Source: an uncultured Acidimicrobiia bacterium (GTDB lineage: Bacteria; Acidobacteriota; Terriglobia; Versatilivoradales; Versatilivoraceae). Taken from it: a stretch of DNA of 64,000 nt. The stretch's first letter is position 1. Every line of letters starts with the position of its first letter. Position numbers and translations under genes: made by a program. The notes below the pieces were generated by a model, which saw only the letters and a program-made list of their open reading frames with translations, made no database searches and was not told where the DNA came from. The stretch spans positions 1,440,001 to 1,504,000 of the forward strand of contig CAWBAT010000005.1 in the NCBI GenBank assembly GCA_963786955.1, written 5' to 3'. This document shows, one piece after another, positions 1 to 10,069 of this stretch.

Positions 1-169
1 CAAAGTTATGAAAATATGTTTTCGAAAAAGTTCCTCCTCCGATGAAACTCGAGGACAAGATTCAAAGGAAGAAGAAGACTCGGAGAGGAGCTTAATTCGG
101 CTTAGTCAATAGAATCAGGCATTCGAGAACTCGGCACTACGTGAGGATCAGGCCTTAAAAGGAGTTGAA

Positions 170-1407
170 TTAGTTCTTCAGCGTGATCGACCCGATAACA
201 CGGGTCTTACCGTATTGGTCGTCGAAGCCGTAGGCTGTGATCTTTACCTTACCGTTCTCAAAGACCTTACCTTAGCCCACGCATAGTCTCGGTCGGTACT
301 AGGGCTCACAGTCGTGTCAGTGGGTGCGGCTTCAAACGGGGAGCCGCCCGAACCAACCAGAATTTGCCAGGCCTTCCCACCTTGAGTGGCGCGTGGCTGA
401 GACAAGTGGAAAATATGTTCGTGTCCACAGAAGTAAGTTGCGCCGTATTGCTCGATCAAGTCCCAAAAAGCGTCTCGACTCACGACATCGTTGTCTAGCC
501 CGGACGGTGACGCGGGCAGCGGGGCGATTGCACCGTAATAGTACGTGTAGGCGGGTTGCGGCCAAAAACAAAGAAATGCTGTGCACCACGCCCCTGGGCT
601 GCCGAGAGGTCGTCGGCGAGCCATTTGACGGAGCATGCGCGTCTTTGCCGACCGGATCAGTGTTAATGACGACAGAAATGCAAACCCCGGAAGTCAAAGC
701 TGTAGGAGAGCTGAGTCTGATCGGTCGTAAGACCGTCTGTCGCGCTTCGATTGTCGCCGGTGGCCTCATACGAGGGCTTCTCACCGAAAAGATTTTGGAA
801 CCGTGTATCATCTAGGATCAGATCCCCCATATTCTGGCGCCAAACTCCTCGTTTTCCTGCATGGCGTGCTTGCCGCTGACACCACCGCACCCGCTTTCGC
901 TGACTGCGTCATTGCACTGGGTTTCGTGATTGCCGGGTACGGGCACAACATACGTTCCTGTCTCCATCAAATTTGCAACCATGCCTCGCCAGAACCCGTA
1001 TTGCCGGTAAAACTTCATCAAGTCGGAGCCTATGACCCCATCGACGGTAGCAGCGTTTAGCGGAATAGTCGCGTTGCCGTATCCCATGATCATATCCCCG
1101 TTGAAGAACAGGAGGTCAGACTTCTGGGCCTGAATCAGCGCATGATCCGCGACCAGGCTTTGGTATTTTGAAGCCAAATCTTGTCCTGACTAGAGAGCGG
1201 CGAGGTTGTCGAGTCGAACTTTTTCGGATCCTGACGGGAGTCGCCTACGGTTGAGAACGAAAGGGCGACCTAATCCCGATCGTCGTCCCCCTCGTCTTTT
1301 TCATGATCGGCAGACAACGGAATAGGGTGCAGCGTGAGAGTGGCGTACGCTAGAGCAACCAAGATGAATGCTTTTCCCGCCGTTGCGGTGCGGTTGAACC
1401 ATTTCAT
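170..1407 (-). pseudogene. Secreted calcineurin-like metallophosphoesterase, interrupted by one in-frame TAG and several frameshifts (possibly sequencing errors)
   Basis: AGGAGG RBS then ATG at 1407 with signal peptide MKWFNRTATAGKAFILVALAYATL. Motifs VGDSR, FNGDM, VPGNHE and YFCGHEH are spread over different frames (ORFs 1270-1458, 818-1177, 663-890, 244-636). C-terminus ...GSITLKN* has its stop at 170-172. Confidence 0.8.
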
Positions 1408-1538
1408 GTGAAGCCTCCTTTTTTGTTGAACCATCGATGTGTAGAAGATGAACTGCAAAGGATGGAGTGGGAAGTGTTGGCAATCGCAGCCCAGTCCAAA
1501 AATAAATCAACGGGAGGCTACGGACCCAATTGCATCCA

Positions 1539-1566
1539 TGTGAAGAATTCTTGAAGGCTGTGTTAA
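1539..1566 (-). promoter_or_regulatory. Pho-box-like array upstream of the metallophosphoesterase
   Basis: Minus-strand hexamers TTAACA, TTCAAG, TTCACA at exact 11-bp spacing (+ strand starts 1561, 1550, 1539). Confidence 0.55.
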
Positions 1567-1798
1567 AACTGCAGAGAGAAACCGAAAAAGATGGGTCGAA
1601 ATGGATTGAGGGTTTTGTAACCGTTGAATTTGATTGTCGGGAAAAATTATCGGAAGATTTTTCAGCTAGGAAATGCAGAAGGATCTTTTCCGGGAAACAA
1701 CAAATATAATTCACAAATAATCTATCTGGCCCTCTTCCATATTATTCTCTAGCAGCTTGTCCCTAAGGATGAGCGGCTCGGGTTGGGCTTCCAATTCA

Positions 1799-3932
1799 TC
1801 AATCACCAATTTCCGACAAATCGCTTATTTTCTGGCTGGTTTTATTCATCAAGTAGTTTTGCGACCCGATCCTATGGGGGCTGTCATGCTTGCCTTCGGG
1901 TTTCCGTTGCAGATAGCTGCCATCGGATTGCATGTCCCAAGCACTTCGTTGGTCGTAGAGATGGATCTGCAGGATCCCCCAGATTTCCTCTCGCAATAAG
2001 GCATTCTCTATCGGAGTGACCGCTTCGACTCGATGCTCCAAATTCCGGTGCATCCAGTCTCCGGATCCAATATAGAATTCCCCGTCCGGGTCCTTTTCGG
2101 CGCCGTTGCGGAAGTAGAAGATCCGGGAGTGTTCAAGAAAGCGCCCGATGATTGAAATCACGCGGATATTTTCGCTCAGGTTGGGAACTTGCGGCCGTAA
2201 AATGCAAAACCCTCGCACGATAAGGTCGATCGAGACTCCTTCTGCGCTGGCTGCGTAGAGCGCCTTGCACACATCGCGGTCCTCTAGTTGGTTCAACTTG
2301 GCTATGATCTGGGCAGGACGGCCAGCCTTCTTATGCTCGACCTCTCTAGTGATCATTTCCAGAAACCGGCTCTTCATATTGGCCGGGGCTATAAGCAATT
2401 TACGGTAATCTGTTTTCCGGCTCCTTCCCGTGAGATAGTTGAAAAGGTCGGCCAAATCGACGGTAAAATCAGCATGGCAGGTCATTAGTCCCAAATCCAC
2501 ATAAAATTGGGCAGTATGATGGTTGTAATTGCCAGTGGCAATGTGGCCATAACAACGAGTCCCATTGCCCTCCTGCCGGACTATCAGTGTGGTCTTGGTA
2601 TGGGTTTTCAGTCCTTCTAGACCGTAGACGACATGGACGCCAGCTTTTTCCATCCGTTTGGCCAGTAAGATGTTTCCTCCTCATCAAATCTCGCCTTGAG
2701 TTCCACGAGGCACGCTACCTGCTTCCCGGTTTCGGCAGCTCGGATGAGCAGAGGGATGAAAGGACTGTCTTTTCCCGTCCGGTAAATAGTCATCTTGATT
2801 GCCAGAACGGCAGGATCTTCGACCGCCTCCTTCAGCATGCGGAGCACGGTCCCGTCAAAAGATTCGTAGGGATGATGGACAAGCAGATCTCCCGACTGAA
2901 TGACATCGAAGATGCTCCGCTCAGAATGGCGCACCCTTTCTGGGATCCGTGGCCGCCAAGGTGGGTATCGGAGGTGAACATAGGGGAGGGAGGCGATGAT
3001 GCGAAGGCTGGTGAAGTCCAGCAGACCAGACATCTCGAAGACGTCATGGGGGCCGATCTCCAATTCCTCAATGAGGAGTTGCCGCATTTCCGGATTGGGA
3101 TTGGATGGGAGCTCCAGCCGCACCACACATTCCATCCTCCGATGACGTAGTTGCTCTTCAACGGCTTGGAGCAGATCCTCGACGTCTTCGAGATCGCTTT
3201 CTACATCGGCATTGCGAGTAACGCGGAAAGGCATGACGATGTCCAGGGGGATTTCAGGAAACAACCATTCCAAGTGGTGTTCAATCAATTCCATCCGGTG
3301 AATGTATCTACATACGCTTTCCCAACAATTATCGATCTTGATCCATTGCGGAATAGTGCCGGACACTTAACTCGCGCAAATGATAATTTCCCCCGTTTGT
3401 GGGTGGGGAGCGTCAGTCCCAATGAGGTGGAGAGGTTGGAGATAAAAGGGAAAGGATGCCCAAGATCAACAGAAAGTGGCGTCAGTACTGGAAAGATGGT
3501 TTTCTCGAACGGGGGTGGCAGAGTTCCTCTTCTCCGCTGGTGAGACCTTCCCAGTCAAGCAAATGGATACCTTGCTCTGCCCAGTGCTGGCCGAATGTTA
3601 TTCAGGTAGACCTCTGCCTGCTGATTGACGAGAGACTGGATGGTCGACCGCATTGTGGTGAGTAATTCCAGGGGCGTTTTTTGATCGGGTGAACTGAAAC
3701 TAACGCCGGCTCGAATCTGCTCCCGCAAACCATAGACCCGCTTCATAACAAATTCGTCAAGGTTCGATGTGAAAATGGCTAGGAAATTGACGCGTTCCAG
3801 AAGCGGCGTGCGTTCATCAAGTGCTTCATGGAGCACGCGGCGATTGAACTCCAGCCAATTCAAATCGCGATCAAAGAATAGTGGCGTTCCCAGTTTGGTC
3901 AGAGGCGAAAGGGATAAATTGGTTGTGGTCAC
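1799..3932 (-). pseudogene. ppk1: Polyphosphate kinase 1, frameshifted at about 3581, 3512, 3365 and 2670 (probably indel errors)
   Basis: PPK1 motifs [38 protein letters not shown] (phospho-His), ELKARFDEE, LKTHTK, TGNY and GRFLEHSRIFYF across successive frames. Confidence 0.9.
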
Positions 3933-3973
3933 AGAAAACCTCTATGCCGCATTCGTCCACCCTGACATAGGAC

Positions 3974-4012
3974 GGTTAACAGGATATGAAATCCGTATTA
4001 ATTTGAATTGAA
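3974..4012 (-). promoter_or_regulatory. Pho-box-like array upstream of ppk1
   Basis: Minus-strand TTCAAT, TTAATA, TTCATA, TTAACC at 11-bp period (+ strand starts 4007, 3996, 3985, 3974). Confidence 0.55.
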
Positions 4013-4335
4013 TTTCGCAGTATCCCTAGAATTTAAGGTGATAAATTGACCCTTTTTGCTCACCTTTCCCTCGGAAATGAGTACCTCCCATTGACCGCAA
4101 GAGAATTCTGAACTGTCCTCTGATTTCCGAAACGAATTAACACGCTCTTCATCTCTCGAAAACGTGCCCTTCATGCATCTCGGTTATTCTTTCATTGTTG
4201 ACCGGAAATGTTGGGGAGTTGGTTCATGCATCCAGCCGAGCATCTCTAAACCCCGGAATTGAAAACAAACTAAAACGGAACAATCGAGTCCGTCACATTT
4301 GTCTGAATGAGGCTGCAGAAAGAAAGGATGGAGCC

Positions 4336-4806
4336 ATGTTAAGCGCAGAAAATATGCAAATCAGATCCAGAACGAAAGTGATCAGAAAAGAAATGCCTCG
4401 CAAGAACATCCTGGTTGTGGGCCAAGAAGATCATCACCGGTTGCTGCTCGCGACTTTGCTCGCTGAAGAAGGCCACTCCGTCTTGTCGTGTAGTTCTGAC
4501 GATGAGGCGTTAAAATTGATTCAAGGTGGGAGCATTCACTTCATCATTATCGATCATTTTGCTCCTGAGTTGGATGGATTGCGCTTATTGGAAAAAATCA
4601 AACAAAGTACAACTAGAGCGCCTGTACTCATGATTTCTGCGCAGTATGACGTTGAGCCTTACATTACGGCTATGAATCTGGGAGCTCTGGATTATTTCGG
4701 CAAGCCTATAGACTATGCCGACATTCAAAGAATTCTGAATACATACAATGGTCCCTACTCCCAGACTAAACGCAAATACAATGTCGTCCTAGACGAGGAG
4801 TATTGA
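4336..4806 (+). CDS. Single-domain response regulator (receiver only)
   Basis: Receiver pattern ILVV..., IIDHFAPELDG (phospho-Asp), LMISA, GALDYFGKP. No output domain. Start taken at ATG 4336 after GGAG. Confidence 0.8.
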   Translation: MLSAENMQIRSRTKVIRKEMPRKNILVVGQEDHHRLLLATLLAEEGHSVLSCSSDDEALKLIQGGSIHFIIIDHFAPELDGLRLLEKIKQSTTRAPVLMISAQYDVEPYITAMNLGALDYFGKPIDYADIQRILNTYNGPYSQTKRKYNVVLDEEY

Positions 4807-5020
4807 GTTGATGCCTCTTTAAAACGGTTTATCGGGAAGGTGTTTCTGCGTATTTCTGGCTCAATTGACTTTGCAGGTGCGAAGCATAAACCGCCCACAG
4901 AGGGCCGATTAACCCGAATTCCGAAGTTGGGCGGGCATGATTTATCTCAATGGGCTGTTTTACCTGAGGCTTGCAAGACACGGACAAAGGGAAAAAGTAT
5001 AGCGAGAGTTTGCGAATTTT

Positions 5021-5094
5021 GGTGGAACGCGCGCTCTGCCGCGCGTTCACTGAGCGTGCGCGCGGGGACAGCGGTCTTACGCGCACGCTCCACC
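5021..5094. repeat. REP/REPIN-like palindromic element, family A copy 1
   Basis: GGTGGA...TCCACC ends enclosing two GC-rich hairpins. A near reverse-complement copy lies at 21018-21076. Confidence 0.7.
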
Positions 5095-5286
5095 TGGCGA
5101 CACTCGCGCAATTTGGGAATTAAGGGAGAAGGGGCAAGGAAGATCTCTCTGCTCCGAATTTAGAAAGTGAGTATCCTCAATTTCCACTATTCGATTTAGC
5201 CCTGATTTGCCTTTAGAATTCTGCATTGCGATCAAAAATCTTCCACATTGTCTATCAGCAATCACGGGAAATTCACAAAGAGACAG

Positions 5287-5970
5287 CTATTCATTACTAG
5301 CCAATGCCTTCTGTTCGGCATGGTGGCGAATATCGCGACCCAGTACCATATAGATGACATCCTCGGCGATATTTGTGGCGTGATCGGCGATTCTCTCCAG
5401 ATTTCGCGATACAAGAATGAGATCCAAGGCTTGGAGAATATGGCGGGGATCTCGAATCATGTGCGCGATTAATTCCCGGAATATCAAGTCTCGATAACTG
5501 TCCACTTCGTCGTCGCGCAACACGACCTGGCGGGCTAAATCCGTGTCCCGCCTGACGAATGCATCCAAGGCATCTCTGACCATACCCTTAGCGATGTCGG
5601 CCATCCGAGGAATGTCAATCAACGGCTTCAGTGCAGGCTGAGCCACAATCGAAAGAGCCCGTTGAGCGATGTTGACAGCCTGATCCCCCATACGTTCCAG
5701 ATCACTGTTGATCTTCATCGTTGCCGTAATGAATCGAAGATCCACGGCCATCGGTTGCTGCAGCGCCAGCAATTGGAGAGCGCGATCGTCCAGCTCCAGG
5801 TGGAGTTCATTGATCTGGGGTTCCATATCCACAAGCACCTGGGTCGCCAGGTTTTCATTCCGGTTGTTTAGCCCTTCCAAACTGGTATGAATAGCCTTCT
5901 CCACCAGACTGCTCATGAAAAGCATGCGTTCCTTCAATTCTTCCAACTGATCTTCAAAATGGCGATGCAT
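5287..5970 (-). CDS. phoU: Phosphate transport regulator PhoU
   Basis: LQQPMAVDLR, DLERMGD, RDDEVD and LERIADHATNIAE motifs. Follows pstB. Confidence 0.97.
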   Translation of the reverse strand: MHRHFEDQLEELKERMLFMSSLVEKAIHTSLEGLNNRNENLATQVLVDMEPQINELHLELDDRALQLLALQQPMAVDLRFITATMKINSDLERMGDQAVNIAQRALSIVAQPALKPLIDIPRMADIAKGMVRDALDAFVRRDTDLARQVVLRDDEVDSYRDLIFRELIAHMIRDPRHILQALDLILVSRNLERIADHATNIAEDVIYMVLGRDIRHHAEQKALASNE

Positions 5971-5981
5971 GGGACCTCCTC

Positions 5982-6821
5982 CTATCCAAATCGACCCGTG
6001 ATGTAATCTTCTGTTTCTTTGCGCGACGGATTCGTAAACATTTTACTGGTGACATCCATTTCAATGAGCTCTCCCATAAAGAAGAATGCCGTATAATCGG
6101 AAACCCGAGCGGCCTGCTGCATGTTGTGAGTCACAATGATAATGGTGTAGCTCCTTTTTAGCTCGAGGATGAGTTCCTCGATCTTCGCTGTGGAGATTGG
6201 ATCCAATGCCGAGGCGGGTTCGTCCATGAGCAGCGTATCGGGCTTCACGGCCAGAGATCGGGCAATACACAAGCGCTGCTGCTGACCTCCCGAAAGTCCG
6301 AGAGCGGAGCTGTCTAAACGATCCTTGACCTCATCCCAGATCGCCGCATCCCGCAAGCTCTTCTCCACAATCTCATCCAATTCGGACTTCTTTTTGGCGT
6401 AACCATTAATCTTGACGCCATAGGCAACATTTTCGTAGATCGATTTGGGAAAGGGATTGGACTTTTGAAAAATCATCCCCACTTTGCGTCGAAGGAGGAT
6501 GGGGTCGACTGATTTTGCATAGATATCCTGCCCATCGATATAGATTTTCCCCGTCACACGAGTACCCGGGACCAGATCATTCATACGATTCAGAGAACGC
6601 AGAAAAGTAGATTTTCCACAACCCGAAGGTCCGATCAAGGCAGTGATGTGTTTCTCTCTCACTTGCATACTGATCCCTGACAGCGCGCGGTTCTTACCAT
6701 AATAAAAGTCCACGTTTTCGGCGACAACCTTACTGAGGACTTCCATGGGCTTTTTCTCCTCGGTCTTGGTCCTGAGTGGAATCTGTATGGCGAGTTTCCT
6801 AAAAGTTGTGCCGGTAGTCAT
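5982..6821 (-). CDS. pstB: Phosphate ABC transporter ATPase
   Basis: [41 protein letters not shown] and YITGRFG C-terminus. Confidence 0.98.
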   Translation of the reverse strand: MTTGTTFRKLAIQIPLRTKTEEKKPMEVLSKVVAENVDFYYGKNRALSGISMQVREKHITALIGPSGCGKSTFLRSLNRMNDLVPGTRVTGKIYIDGQDIYAKSVDPILLRRKVGMIFQKSNPFPKSIYENVAYGVKINGYAKKKSELDEIVEKSLRDAAIWDEVKDRLDSSALGLSGGQQQRLCIARSLAVKPDTLLMDEPASALDPISTAKIEELILELKRSYTIIIVTHNMQQAARVSDYTAFFFMGELIEMDVTSKMFTNPSRKETEDYITGRFG

Positions 6822-7795
6822 GCTCTTCTCCTCAATCGGGCTCGCATCTGGCTGCGAATGATGATGGCAACGAGGTTCAAAAGAAAAGTCAAGGCCAGCA
6901 GGACAAATACCGTCGAATATAAGATCGGTTTGGTTTTTTCAACATCGGGAGATTGGGTAGAGAGAACGAAGATATGATAGCCCAACTCCATAAATTGCGA
7001 AGTCAATTTCTTGGGGAGTTCGGGCAGAAAATAAGCGGCTCCGGTAAACAAGATGGGCGCCACTTCTCCGGCTCCACGACTGACGGCTAGAATTCCTCCG
7101 GTCATAATTCCCGTCACGGCCTGGGGCAGCACGGTGTGGACAATGGTCTGGAATTTCGTAGCCCCCAAGGCCATGCTCGCCTCGCGCAATTCGTTTGGAA
7201 TGGCCCGGAGGGTATCTTCGGTAGTAAGGATCACTACCGGCATGGTCAAAACCGCCAAAGTCAGTGCCGCCCAAATGATGGCCGGTTGTCCAAAAACGAG
7301 GCTTCCACCATAAAACAGCCGGTCAATATTCCCCCCCATGAATTTTACGAAGAACCCCAGACCGAACAATCCAAAAACAATGGAAGGGACACCTGCCAAG
7401 TTACTCACCGCCAAGCGAGTCGTCTTGTAAAGAATTGAACTGTGAGCACTGTATTCGTGTAGGTAAATCGCCACCATGACTCCAACGGGAACCACCGCTA
7501 ACGTCATGAGGATCACGAGCAAAAGAGTGCCGTAGATAGCGGGGAAAATGCCTCCTGCCGTCATGCCTTCTTCAGGAGCCGCCGTGATAAACCGCCACGA
7601 AAGGTAATCTTTGCCATTCATGAAGATGTTCCCAATGATGAACGCTACCATCAATACAATGATCAAGCAGGCTGAGCCCGTCAAGAGATAGAAGATTTTC
7701 CCAGGGACGTCGAGACGTTGTCTCATTTCGTCTTCCACAGGGGAATTGGACAAAGTCCCCCCCGGCGTGATCACTGGATTTGTGGAAACGATCAT
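6818..7795 (-). CDS. pstA: Phosphate ABC transporter permease PstA
   Basis: [38 protein letters not shown]. Start set at ATG 7795 (RBS AAGGAAAGG), because the longer ORF runs into a repeat. Confidence 0.95.
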   Translation of the reverse strand: MIVSTNPVITPGGTLSNSPVEDEMRQRLDVPGKIFYLLTGSACLIIVLMVAFIIGNIFMNGKDYLSWRFITAAPEEGMTAGGIFPAIYGTLLLVILMTLAVVPVGVMVAIYLHEYSAHSSILYKTTRLAVSNLAGVPSIVFGLFGLGFFVKFMGGNIDRLFYGGSLVFGQPAIIWAALTLAVLTMPVVILTTEDTLRAIPNELREASMALGATKFQTIVHTVLPQAVTGIMTGGILAVSRGAGEVAPILFTGAAYFLPELPKKLTSQFMELGYHIFVLSTQSPDVEKTKPILYSTVFVLLALTFLLNLVAIIIRSQMRARLRRRA

Positions 7796-7821
7796 AAACC
7801 TTTCCTTATTGAGATCTTTAA

Positions 7822-7957
7822 GGTAGGGACGGCCCGCTGGGCTGTCCGCGACGCGACCATCGGTCGCGCCCTGCCATTCCGAAATGTTCAATCTTCAGGT
7901 GACGCGCCGCTGCGCCGTCCACCTAAATCTCAAGATGGGGGGCAACGCGTCCCTATC
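7822..7957. repeat. GTAG-type REP/REPIN-like element between pstC and pstA
   Basis: Starts GGTAGGGACGGCCCGCTGGGCTGTCC, ends ...CGCGTCCCTATC (inverted). Internal hairpin GCGACCATCGGTCGC. Confidence 0.65.
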
Positions 7958-7972
7958 GCAGATCGCTAATGA

Positions 7973-8977
7973 TTATCGCCCCATCAATTTTCGCTTTAGC
8001 CTGGCTAAAAAGTATTCACCCATCATATTCAGCAAAAACGTCAGCACAAACAACATCGCCCCTAAGAAAAACAAAACATAATAATGAGGGCTATGAAAAA
8101 CAACTTCACCCAGCTCGGCGGCGATAGTGGCAGAGATGGTGCGAACTGAGTCTGTCAGCTTGAGAGATGTGACGGCTGCATTACCGGAAGCCATCAGGAC
8201 GACCATGGTTTCACCCATGGCCCGACCAAACCCAAGCACTAGGGCTGCAAAAATTCCGGGTGTCGCTGCAGGCAGCACGACAGACCAGGCCGTTTTCCAG
8301 GGGGCAACTCCCAATGCCAGCGAAGCTTCCCGGTAGGTGCGCGGAACAGAGGTGAGAGCGTCTTCGCTGACCGTATAAATGATCGGGATGATGGCCAGAG
8401 CCATCGCCACTCCTGCGGTAACGGCATTCAAACGGTAGTCGAAGCCAAATAAATCCTGAAGCCAGGTTGCAAGCACCAGGAGAGCCAAGAACCCTAATAC
8501 CACAGAGGGAACGCCTGCCAGCAACTCGATGACCGGCTTGACAATCTCGCGGATCCGATGATGAGCAAACTCTGCCGTGTAAATGGCCGCTGCAATTGCC
8601 AGAGGTGCCCCGAAGAGCAACGCAATGATCGTGACTTTGAGGGTTCCCAGGAAAAGAGGGAGAACACTGTACTTGGGAACCTCACCCACAGGTTGCCAGA
8701 CAAAATGCAAAGGCCTCTCTTCAGTCCCGTAATTCTGAGGGGCAAAAAGATTACTCAGGCTGGCCTCTTTCTTAGTGTCTGGGTCGTAAAAGACAGGAAT
8801 AGCCTCTTTCCCGACATAAATGAAAATGAGAAAAATAATTGAAATGGCCAAAATGGCATTGAAAAGGATGAATTTCCCAAAAAGAAAATCTTTGAGACGG
8901 GCACCGGTCAGATGGCTGGAAAAAGAATTGGTATCGGCGACTCTCAGTTCAGAATTAAGCGGAACATTGATATTCAT
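7973..8977 (-). CDS. pstC: Phosphate ABC transporter permease PstC
   Basis: ELLAGVPSVVLG, EASLALG and RAMGETMVVLMASGN motifs. Confidence 0.96.
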   Translation of the reverse strand: MNINVPLNSELRVADTNSFSSHLTGARLKDFLFGKFILFNAILAISIIFLIFIYVGKEAIPVFYDPDTKKEASLSNLFAPQNYGTEERPLHFVWQPVGEVPKYSVLPLFLGTLKVTIIALLFGAPLAIAAAIYTAEFAHHRIREIVKPVIELLAGVPSVVLGFLALLVLATWLQDLFGFDYRLNAVTAGVAMALAIIPIIYTVSEDALTSVPRTYREASLALGVAPWKTAWSVVLPAATPGIFAALVLGFGRAMGETMVVLMASGNAAVTSLKLTDSVRTISATIAAELGEVVFHSPHYYVLFFLGAMLFVLTFLLNMMGEYFLARLKRKLMGR

Positions 8978-9079
8978 GGCAGTTGATCTGACCTGGAAAG
9001 AGAGGCTACAAAGGATCGGTAAGGTGATGAACTCTACAGCCGCCCTGATCCTTAAGTGCAGAAGCTTCAGGCTTACGGC

Positions 9080-9961
9080 CTACTTCGCTTTCTTCTTGAT
9101 TGCGCCCGGCGAATCTACGCCTTTCTTGGGCAAGGGGTAGTAGCCGACTTCCTCAACCAACTTCTGGCCTTCGTGACCAAGAACCCAATCCACTAACTTT
9201 TTCATTTCACCGGACGGATCCCCAGCCGTATACCAGTAAAGATAGCGGCTAATCGGATATTTGCCACTCAAGACATTTTCCATGGAAGGCTCGACGGCAG
9301 GGCTGCTGTCATCCTTTTTGACCATGGCGTGATGAATCCCCTTGGCATAAGCGATACCCCCGTAGCCGATGGACTTTGGGTCTTTCGCCACGGCATTGGT
9401 CACCGCCGATGTACCAGGCAAAGTTTGAATCGTAGGATAAAAATCCGCGTTCCCTAATACATGCTCCTTAAAGTAGGCATAAGTACCGGAATTGTTTTCC
9501 CGGCTATACGCAATGATCATGCCCGCTTTTCCTCCAACGTCCTTCCAATCAGTAATCTTTCCGGTGTAGATTCCCTTAATCTGCTCCAGCGAGAGCTCCT
9601 TGATCGGGTTGGCTGAGTTCAAATAGATGGCCAAGCCGTCGACCGCAACTGGGATCTCCACAACGGCTGCATTGCGTTTGGTTTTCACTTCATCTTTTTC
9701 CTTGTCCTTCATCGGGCGGGAGGCTTCACAAATATCCGTGGTCCCGTTGATCAGGGCTGCGATTCCAGTACCGGAACCGCCACCCGTAACCTGGATTCGC
9801 GAACCGGGATTCTTCTTCATATAAACCTCGGCCCAGCGCTGGCCGAGCAAAACCATCGTATCCGAACCCTTAATCGTTATGGCATTTTGGGCGAAATGAG
9901 AGCCGACAGGCACTAACATCAAAAGTAAGATGACCATAAGACACTTCTTGGTCCAGTTCAT
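9080..9961 (-). CDS. pstS: Phosphate-binding periplasmic protein PstS
   Basis: Signal peptide, KGSDT, GGGSGTG, SRENNSGT, IGYGG and YPISRYLY. Confidence 0.96.
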   Translation of the reverse strand: MNWTKKCLMVILLLMLVPVGSHFAQNAITIKGSDTMVLLGQRWAEVYMKKNPGSRIQVTGGGSGTGIAALINGTTDICEASRPMKDKEKDEVKTKRNAAVVEIPVAVDGLAIYLNSANPIKELSLEQIKGIYTGKITDWKDVGGKAGMIIAYSRENNSGTYAYFKEHVLGNADFYPTIQTLPGTSAVTNAVAKDPKSIGYGGIAYAKGIHHAMVKKDDSSPAVEPSMENVLSGKYPISRYLYWYTAGDPSGEMKKLVDWVLGHEGQKLVEEVGYYPLPKKGVDSPGAIKKKAK

Positions 9962-10005
9962 AAATAAAGCTCCTTATCAAGCATAAATTAGGGATATCTC
10001 ACTGA

Positions 10006-10044
10006 TGTGAACTAAATGTTAAATTTGTGTTAATTTTACATTAA
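10006..10044 (-). promoter_or_regulatory. Pho box array upstream of pstS
   Basis: Minus strand reads TTAATG-N5-TTAACA-N5-TTAACA-N5-TTCACA, matching the TT(A/T/C)ACA 11-bp-period PhoB/PhoP operator architecture. Confidence 0.8.
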
Positions 10045-10069
10045 ATTACTGAGTCCTTGTTGAGGCAGT

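Noticed and set aside
1270-1272. In-frame TAG as pyrrolysine or stop-codon recoding
   Set aside because: The same gene has several frameshifts, TAG is used as a normal stop elsewhere in the window, and no pyl genes are present.
7796-7891. N-terminal extension of PstA in the ORF track
   Set aside because: It runs through the REP-like element, and a better RBS and ATG exist at 7795.
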